DNA of 64,000 bases from Eledone cirrhosa (Eukaryota): assembly GCA_964016885.1 (NCBI GenBank), contig OZ024753.1:12710001-12774000 (forward strand), read 5' to 3'. A model generated the notes under the pieces. That model was not told where the DNA came from, did no database searches, and was given only the letters and a program-made list of their open reading frames with translations. The stretch's first letter is position 1. Every line of letters begins with the position of its first letter. Of this stretch, positions 51,712 through 64,000 are shown in pieces. Position numbers and translations under genes: made by a program.

Positions 51712-51891
51712 TGTTTCTACTTTAGGCACAAGGCCAGCAATTACCCAGTGCATTACTGGTACTTTATTTTATCGACCACGTAAGGATGAAAGGCAAAGTC
51801 AACCTCGGCGGGATTTGAACTCAGATCGTAAAGGGACGTAACTATGCTTGAAAGCATGGCGTCCGACCCTCTACCGATACTGCCAATCCAC
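51712..51891 (-). mobile_element. Same SINE family, full copy, tail-to-tail with 51421-51612
   Basis: Reverse-complement match to the consensus. Confidence 0.8.
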
Positions 51892-51908
51892 CAAATAGTG
51901 TTACAAAG

Positions 51909-52026
<118 letters not shown>

Positions 52027-52647
52027 TTTATATTCCGATGTACATGTTATATTTGCATGCAAAATGCTGTAAATGACCATGCCTTAGTATATTGCCAATA
52101 AACACGGCCATTCTCTGCTATAGACGTCTATAAAAGCTGATAAGTTGAAATGGTTCACTAGATAACTTTACGAGTCAGGAGTTTCGATAATATTCACCAA
52201 CTGACATTATTCTATAAATTCTATGAAGCGTTAACGTATTTTACAGATCCCTTATAATTAAATCTAGAAAATATAAAGAAAAGAGCCAGAATGACGAGGG
52301 TGCGTTGAACATACTGTATTATGTTTACATTTCTTTATACATCGACTTCGCCATTATGTCTCCATTGAAATAATATATATATAACACTTCGATTCGACCC
52401 TCGATATTACACGTGGTAACAAGACTGGTTGAATGTAATCACCATGTTTAACTAGAAAATTGGAACAGCCGGGAATAATATATTCTTTTATTCTGTTATA
52501 AATTTACAGAATTTTGTCGAACATATTGATTCGAATGAATTTTAAATTTTTTTCTAGTCTGTTACTTAATTTTATCGATGTTTTATTCATCGAAACTCTA
52601 TGCTCTGATACGTAAGAAGCAGTAAAGGTAAATACACACACACACAT

Positions 52648-52702
<55 letters not shown>

Positions 52703-53009
52703 ACATAGATTAGAAAATAAATAACGATCAAAATTTATTTTGTATATCTGCTCCGCAGTATATCTGATATTTTACACTGAGCTACTGATCTTACCGGTAA
52801 TCGCATAATATACAATATTATCCATTTCTTGTGTATATTTCTACATATAGGTATAACTATGACTAAATGTTTGTTGAAACAGATATGCTGCCAATAAAAA
52901 CACAAGCACCTGTGATTTCACCCGTGGTTTCATATACCTACATATATATATATATATATGTATACCTACATATATATATATATATATATATAAATACATA
53001 TATATACAT

Positions 53010-53561
53010 GGTGGCTGCCAACTGGTTTTCGAGTACGGCCACTACTTTATATCCATGTAGGAGAACCCCTACCGATGCGCTAAACAAGTGTGACTTAGTT
53101 CAGCCAGCGACTTGAAAACTCTGGTACAAACACTACACTTGTGACAATTATTGACACATAGTGCTGGGCCCATGGTACCATGTGACGACAAGTGCAGAGA
53201 GATCTCTAGATATAAAGCAATGCCTGTGCCGTGAAGCTTTTATAGTGAGTAAAAGCACTGCACAAAGCCAGTCCCACTCTCTTAACCAAGATGATATTTA
53301 CCAAAAAGAAGAACAAGTCAACATCATTGGATACCATCAGAGTTGCAGGTGTTATATCAGAGTTTTCCTTCTCCTAGAATTCTGCCTTGACAAAGGCTAA
53401 GGTGTCATCTCTCCCGGTGATTTTTAGTCCCGCAGGATGTCCAAAGTCACCCTCCTCACCAAGAAACCTTGGTGGGGTTGCCAGTTTAGTCGCCAACGAC
53501 CCGACCATGAGACAGGTTGTACTGGGATACATGTTACCAGTAGCACCAACTGGTGACCTGA
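53010..53561 (-). mobile_element. Non-coding repeat with an RTE-like 3' terminus, copy B
   Basis: Homologous to 8031-8445 and flanked by TA arrays. Confidence 0.55.
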
Positions 53562-53786
53562 CATATATATATATATATACACACACATATATACATTTAT
53601 ATATACATATATACATATGAATATGCATATATACATATACATATATGTACATATACATATATAAACATACCTATATATACATATACATATATACACAATC
53701 ATACATATACATATATACACATACATATATATATATATACATATATATATATACATATACATATATACATATATACATATATATAC

Positions 53787-53826
<40 letters not shown>

Positions 53827-54654
53827 TGTATAATAAACAATACAATATAATTACCTCATTACCAGAGGTTTCCCGAATAAGACGAATACGAAAAACGACC
53901 TCATTCGTTCATCGGACAAGGCAATTTAATACATAGTGAAATATTTGAAAAATCTCCTCAAGAAAGGCAAGAGTTTAACGGGCAAAAAAAAAATATAAAT
54001 AAAAGTAATGCAAGAGATATATATAAAAAAAAAAGGAAATATAGTTAGGGTATGTGTATATGTATGTATATACACTCATAAATGTACATATGTGTGTATG
54101 TACAAATACATGTGTATGGTGAAAATGTGTGCATAAGTACATATATGAGGGCAAGTATATTTGTCTATGTGTGACCACAAATACGTATATAACATGAGTT
54201 GAAAAAGAAATTGAGAATATAGTTAAATAAGAGAATATAGTTAACACATATCCAGATACAGGTATTAAATATATACATATACGGGTATGAAGCACGCATA
54301 TAAACACACACACACACACGCGCGCGCGATCCCTTATATGCGAAAGATAAATATGGAAGGGAGTCTAATAGTAAAAAGAAGTGTCAGTCTCGATATATGT
54401 ATAAAAATGAAACAATATATGAGAATGAAAAACTTTTTTTAAATCAAAGAGAAAGTAAGAAGGAGGAGGTTATCAATTAACACTAGAAAAAAGAAAACAA
54501 ACATAGGTACGTACGTACACATATATACATATATAAATAAAAATATATATACATATAAATACGTACAGACAAAAGCGCATGCATGCGTACATACATACAC
54601 ACGAGGCACGTATATCTAATCGCCACATGTATATCTAATCGCACGTACGTACGC

Positions 54655-54689
<35 letters not shown>

Positions 54690-55335
54690 CACACCCATAC
54701 ATACATATACATATATACATACATACATACATTCACCCACATACACACACACGTATAAATAAGTATGTAAAAAACATAAATATAAAAACAAATACACACA
54801 CATATATATACACATATGCACACACACGTATAAATAAGTATGTAAAAAACAAATATAAAAACAAATACACACACATATATATACACATATGCACGCACAC
54901 ATACGGAGGCGCTCGTATACATATACAGAACGTATGCACACATATGTACACTCACACGCATAGTTACAAATTATAAACCAGCCGTAAGAATAAATGAGTA
55001 CAAATATAAAATCGGCTGCGAAACAACAGAATAAGTCTGGAGTGGAAAACGCAAGTGACATATGATATCAGGTAGTGAGAGAAATGGAGAAGTAAAATGT
55101 GGAATGTAAAGATATTAGGTAAGTGAATCAAAAAGTGTGTGGGGTGGGGGGGGGGGGGGGGGGTTCACTGGTGGCTGTAAAATAAAATTAAAAGTAAAGT
55201 TAAAGATGAAAGTAAATCAGAAAGAGAAGTCTGTAAAGAGGATAATTTAAGGATAGTGAAGACAAAAGAGTTCATGGTGGATAAGTATCTGAAAGTGAGT
55301 TAAGTTTATATGAGCTGGAAAGCAAGTGTGATTTC

Positions 55336-57568
<2,233 letters not shown>

Positions 57569-58035
57569 TTATTATAATGTTCGGTTTGTAAACAAACAGC
57601 CCGAATTAAGCCGTACAGTGTTCGGTACGCCCGGCCGACTACCTCACTCGATATGCAAATTAGGCTGCTCAGCCGTTAATATGGATAAGGAAAGTATATA
57701 CTTTCAAACGTTCAATCATCTGACAGGAATGTATACGATGCTGACGATAGCTAATATGCTTGAAACTAGTTCATCGTTCCCTTGTCATTGCTCGAACAAA
57801 GAGGCGATGATGGTTCCGAACACTGTACAGCGTAATTCGGGCTGTTTGATTACAAACAAATCGAACATTATAATAAATGTTCAGTAAACCCATACGTACA
57901 TATATATATATGTGTGCATGTATGTATATATATACATACTACTGTAGGTCTGTATACATATATGTATGTACGTATACATACTTATATTTAAGTATCAGCC
58001 GTACTAAGAGTGAGAAATGAAATTTTACTTTTTCC

Positions 58036-58077
<42 letters not shown>

Positions 58078-58116
58078 TCAAATTATAAACAAAATAGATA
58101 TTCTTGTGATCAAGTA

Positions 58117-58183
58117 TATTTTATTATACATATTTCAGAGGTACTGAGTTAAGTTCAACAGTACGTCCTCATCAGATAAAATA
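58117..58183 (-). ncRNA. Type-I hammerhead ribozyme
   Basis: tattttat-CTGATGA-ggac gtactg..cagtac ctct-GAAA-tatgta-TA-ataaaata. Confidence 0.75.
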
Positions 58184-59986
58184 AGATGATGCATGACATA
58201 CCTTGACATATTAGATGGTTAAGATTCAGTCATGGTAGTGAGTAATATATGACACAACTCAATATTTATATATCTTAATATTGAGAACATGAGAAAAATA
58301 TATAATACATACAATAGAGAGGGTGCGTGTGAGATACATGTCATCAATATAACTGTTAAAAAATGTTTTAATTACTGAAGAAAAAGGAAAGAAAGGAAAG
58401 CATAGAGGAAGAAACAGCTGATGGGATAATATAGTTAGTAGGTGCCTCGAAAGACAAAAGAGAGTTGATTACAGAGAGAGAGAGACAAAGGGGAATAATT
58501 TATGTTCAAGTTTTGAGACAATTATCCATATATACAATATATATCTAAACTTATTTGGTTTACCGTTAATATTCAAAATATTTAATTTAAGTTAGTTCAG
58601 AGTAATGAATAATATTTTAGGTTTTAAAAGTTAATAGGTATCTGTATTAATATTACAGTATACTATCAAGTTTAATTTCTAGAATCAAATTTTATGAAAT
58701 CAAATTTAAAGGATTTACTAACACGAGAAAGAAAACAATGTTTTTACAACCTCACGAAGGTAAACTTTACCAAAATTATTTATAATATTGACAACAGTTT
58801 ATACAATATAATTTATAAAATAATTACAGTTATAATTATTAAGGAATTTATGATTAACAATTTGAGTGCCTAAAGGATCAACAGGCCTTATAATTAAACT
58901 TAAAGAAGTCTGAATTTTAAATTACATATATGTGTTAATCAAAAAAATATACAAGGATTATATTGTCTAAAGTTTTAAGGTGATACCTTTCAAATATACA
59001 TAACATAATACAATAATACAATAGAGCAAATAAGTTACTGAAAATATTGTTAAAAATTAATGTTTTATATCAATTATTGTAAAAGGATCATTTAATTGAT
59101 ATATACTATAAATATATAAGTCAAAACTACATGAGTCCTAATGATAAGGGCTAGATACAAAAAAATAATAAAATAAAAAAATAAAAAGTGAAAAATAATT
59201 AATTGTTTGCGAAACATAAGAATGCCCAATATTAAAAATATAGTTTAAAATATAAGAGGGTTTTAATATATAGTAGACAAAAGATACTTCTAAAATGTCC
59301 AGCAAATGTCATAGAAAGAGGAGCCAAAGACTTGAAAAAGCCGAAGGTAATCTAAATTGAATTAAAATAAATTAAATTATATTAAATTAAGTAATAATCA
59401 TTATATAATTTCGAACATCCAGGGAATATCTAACACTTATAACAATAGAGAGTCATTTGAGTATCTAAATTATTTATAAATGTAACTACGAGCATGTTAT
59501 TATACTAGATAAACATATTTGTACGACTATATAGAGAGAGTTGTTATAGGTATTAATGAAACGATATACATTTAATAAATAAATAATTATAATCATTATT
59601 AGTAATGCTATAATTGTAGTTTTACCTCCAGCTCAGTGGAGAGAGAGGCCAATATTTGTCGACTAGTATGGTCTGTTATATTTATACCTAGATATATAAA
59701 CATATATAAGTGCAAATCTACCTTTCTGAGTCCCCAAAACATACCCAAAATGAGTACAATATATAAATGCATGAATGATCTACGGTTCAATTATAGCCGG
59801 TAATCTTACAAGTTAAATATCCAAATTATATATTTAAAACAGAGACAAATAAATGAAGATCCGAATCTTAATTTTAAATATCTAAAATAATCCAAAGGTG
59901 TGCATATTTATCAAGAGAACAAGTTACCAAATAATATGTTTATATACCTAAACAGGATCCTTCATTCTAACATTAATTCTATCATA

Positions 59987-60097
59987 ATCCCGCCGAGGTT
60001 GACTTTGCCTTTCATCCTTATGGGGGTCGATAAAATAAAGTACCAGTAATGCACTGGGTAATTGCTGGCCTTGTGCCTAAAGTAGAAACAATTAATT
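59987..60097 (+). mobile_element. Same SINE family, 3' part
   Basis: Consensus match. Confidence 0.8.
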
Positions 60098-60185
60098 ACT
60101 CTGGAAAACCCATACTGTTGAGTGCTTCCAATCTATTGTAAAACTCATTATTTGATTTATTCATTGAACCTTGTTTAACTTTTAA

Positions 60186-60386
<201 letters not shown>

Positions 60387-60542
60387 CTAATACAATGTGG
60401 AGACTAAATTCCGTAGAGAGCTCGATAAGGATAATATATCAAAATACCCCGTTAAGGGTGAAAGCAGCGATTCTTTGGTTAAACTTTAATCTGTTATCTT
60501 AATGTCAAAAAGTATATATATATATATATATATATATATACT

Positions 60543-60576
<34 letters not shown>

Positions 60577-60582
60577 TATACT

Positions 60583-60616
<34 letters not shown>

Positions 60617-60648
60617 TATACTTATATATATATATATATATATATATA

Positions 60649-60681
<33 letters not shown>

Positions 60682-61833
60682 TTATATATATATATATATA
60701 TATATACTTATATATATATATATATATACTTATATATATATATATATATACTTATATATATATATATACTTATATATATATATATATATATATATATACT
60801 TATATATATATATATATATATACTTATATATATATATATATATATACTTATATATATATATATATATGTATATACTTTTTGACATGAAATATATTGCTTC
60901 ACGGTTTTTATTTCAACTCTCTCCTGATGTCGGTTTTGATGTGTATTAGGATCTATTTTATGTTATCTTCCTTGCGTTGTATTCTATTCTGCTTGCCTAC
61001 AATTCGGACATTTTTTGCTCTATTCTAAGCACACATTTTATTCTCTTGTCTGCAATATCTCAGCGCAGGAAATGATAGTAGCTAGACATTTAAATTGAAT
61101 ATCATTCTCTCTCGTCCCCTAATTGATATCGATGTAAACCAATTTCCAATTTAATTTGATTCCCTATTTTTATTTTGCTCACATGTAACCTTGTTGATAC
61201 ATTTGGGTCGCATATTTATCCAACTTATTTCTCTGAACAAAGAAAAGTCTGCAAATGATTCTGTGATACGTCACGAACGATTTATTAAAACCTTGCAAGA
61301 ATTCGGACGAATCTCTGAATGAATTACGAGAGAGAGAGAAATTGTATAATTTCATAATAGGAAAATATGAAAAACTGATAATTTCGTGTATGTCGATCGA
61401 TTTCTTAATTGAATAAGTCTCTAGGCATAACAATCAATTTTAGCACATAATTTTATTAATAAATCTCGACGTCTAAGATCCACAAGTTATTTCCTTTCAC
61501 TTACTTGAAACGCGTCAAGTTTAATGTGCCAAGAATGTTGTTTATATGGTTAATATGTTATATATATTCACCCTCTTAGTTGACCCTTATTGATAATCTA
61601 CTCTATATTCACGTTTGCCATTTCCATCTTCCATCTATTTCCATCTGGTCATATTTTGTAATGTTTGTATTTTCCTATTAAATATCGCCTTCATATTACT
61701 CCATATAATTCGATCGATACGCAAAATTGTAGACAAAATGGTGGATTATTTAAACTGCAACGAAGGTTCACTAGCATATAAAAAGATACGGACACACACA
61801 TGAGTATCAACAAAGAAGTTGTTTATATATATA

Positions 61834-62325
61834 TACGTTTCTAGTTTTACAGTTTATCCGGGGGTTTATCCCCAGATAAACTGTAAAACTAGAAACGTAG
61901 TCTATAGCATAAGAATTACAGAGGGTACTTGCAGAAACATGACAACAACATACATAGGCGAGACAGCTCGTAGCATAGGTGAAAGGATAGACCAACACTG
62001 GGGGGAACTAAAAGGACGAAAAAACGGTTGAGTACTATACGAACATGCCAGACAACAACACGACGGTAACATAGACAACATAGACATTAGAATAATATCT
62101 AAACATAGAAATGACCCAGCAGATAGGCAAATCAGAGAGGCCAGTGAAATAGAACTTAGAAGGCCAAGGCTAAACAGAAAAAATGAATGGCAACATTGAG
62201 GACCGAATAAATTAAATTAACCGATATAAAAGACACAGAAGCGAAAACCAACCAAACAGTGAGTGTGTTCTGTTATTAATTCTGGCAATATTACACAAAT
62301 ATGACCCCCCCCCCAGTATAACAAT
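61834..62325 (+). mobile_element. PLE GIY-YIG 3' fragment with a short inverted 5' duplication
   Basis: INCKTRNVVYSI..C..YIGETARSIGERIDQH..*VLYEHARQQH..RQIREASEI..PRLNRKNEW. The hairpin tacgtttctagttttacagtttatc / gataaactgtaaaactagaaacgta lies at its 5' end. Confidence 0.85.
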
Positions 62326-63275
62326 ATATATATACATATATATGATATATATACATATATATAAATATATATTATGTCTACGTCTGTGTCTGTTGCCTTA
62401 AAGGCATGGACCCAAGTATTTTGTTAATATAAAAATCACACCAATATTGTATTATAAAAATGTTGGTAGTAGCTCGGAGGTGTATTTTTACTAATTTCGT
62501 TTTACAAAATGATATATATTTTGAAGCAGACATGTGGTCAAATATAGCCTAGTCTTGATTATCACGACTTATAATTCAAGGTATAACATTATAATACATG
62601 GTACGTAACAAAATTCGACGTATAAAAGATTATAATACCTGGTATGTGACATATTTCCTTAATGAAGTTTTAACAATAGGGTTCTATTTCTAGCACGTTA
62701 AGGTAGCTATTGCTCATTGCATGGAAGGTACCTTATACATGTACGTTCGTTACACATAGCATATGAGTGTTTCCTTTTTCTGAGTAAGAAAAAGATTATT
62801 CTCGATAAAGCAAGGGATAATTGTGAGAAGTTTGGTCGGAATCCAAAAACCGAACTGAACGAAATAGAAGGAAATAGAAGGAAATAGAAGAATTAACCAA
62901 ATATTTTTTCAAAATATTTAAGATATGCATTTTGGCAGGAATTCTAAACTAATTCCTGGTTCCGAAGTTGATAGTCAAATTTTACAAATATTTTCAATTG
63001 TGATTTTATAGTCATTCCCCACCTATTTATTTGATTTACTGGACATTAGAATATTTTTGTTCCGTTTGAAGTAATTGCTGTGTAGTTGAAAGAAATTGTT
63101 TAAAAGAGACCGACATTTTCTGGCATAATATAGGAGGATTTTAGTACTATACACAGACAAAGAGAAGCACGCCCACACACACACATATATATATATTACA
63201 TATATATATATCAACCTCTCTCTCTCTATATATATATATACATATCAACCTCCCCCCTCTCTCTCTCTCTCTCTC

Positions 63276-63343
<68 letters not shown>

Positions 63344-63394
63344 CTTAGCACTTTCCTGTAAACAAGTGCTATTATGCCTCATATCATGTTACCT

Positions 63395-63464
63395 TATTTT
63401 ATCTGATGAGAACACAATTTTTGTCTCAGGATGATTTTGTATTCGAAATGCGCATAATAAAATA
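63395..63464 (+). ncRNA. Type-I hammerhead ribozyme, homolog of 17244
   Basis: tattttat-CTGATGA-gaacacaa..ttgtattc-GAAA-tgcgca-TA-ataaaata. Confidence 0.8.
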
Positions 63465-63575
63465 TAGGAACCATCTTTTAATTTCTTATTTATTATACTC
63501 CTGTTCTACCAACTCTTGAGTGCTACTTATCTGATATATTCATAGTTTTATTGTTCTACAATATTACTCACCTTC

Positions 63576-63652
<77 letters not shown>

Positions 63653-63917
63653 GATATTAATAAATGGAAACTATGTTTTATAAAACCATATTTATTTCAT
63701 TATACATATTTCAGGGATAGCAGATTAAATTATGGTATGCCTTCATCAGACAAAAAACAATATATAACAGTTTTACAAATAAGCTTTGACGTACCCTTTT
63801 AAAATGCAACCATTATTTTTGGAAACCATCTGGCCAACTATCCAGATGGCTTCCAAAATTAATGGTTGCATTTTAAAAGGGTACGTCAAAGCTTATTTGT
63901 AAAACTGTTATATATTG

Positions 63918-63982
63918 TTTCTTGTCTGATGAAGGCATACCATAATTTAATTTGGTATCCTTGAAATATGTATAATGAAATA
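63918..63982 (+). ncRNA. Hammerhead in a fold-back (mirror copy at 63693-63757, minus strand)
   Basis: CTGATGA-aggcatacca..tggtatcctt-GAAA-tatgta-TA-atgaaa. Confidence 0.7.
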
Positions 63983-64000
63983 AATATGGTTTTATAAAAT

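Noticed and set aside
58970-58995. KGITL peptide reminiscent of Polinton DNA polymerase B
   Set aside because: A five-residue match flanked by stops with no other polymerase motifs.
61507-61520. GAAAcgcgTC half-hammerhead (also GAAAcggtcgTA at ~35250, minus strand)
   Set aside because: No convincing CUGANGA or stem I partner upstream.

Overview
Eukaryotic, extremely AT-rich, repeat-dominated DNA with no recognisable host gene. The kilobase (TA)n/(TACA)n arrays and the SINE content resemble octopus/cephalopod genomes (inference). Most IY-rich ORFs in the track are microsatellite noise. Real content: (1) one apparently intact RTE-clade LINE ORF (18850-22395, minus strand: APE, RT and three C2H2 fingers) plus RTE 3' fragments; (2) a degenerate near-full-length Penelope-like element (PLE, 44928-48203) and PLE GIY-YIG 3' fragments, one of them duplicated in tandem; (3) a mariner relic, a Helitron-like element and about 15 copies of one SINE. 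The main unexplained signal is a dense set of more than 20 type-I hammerhead ribozyme (HHR) motifs. They have the PLE-style palindromic stem III, and some have stem II inserts of about 90-100 nt or variant cores. They sit in short non-coding elements embedded in (TA)n arrays, often arranged as fold-back palindromes and sharing a GAGT(G/A)CT motif near the 3' end. All pairings were read by eye and coordinates may be off by a few bases.
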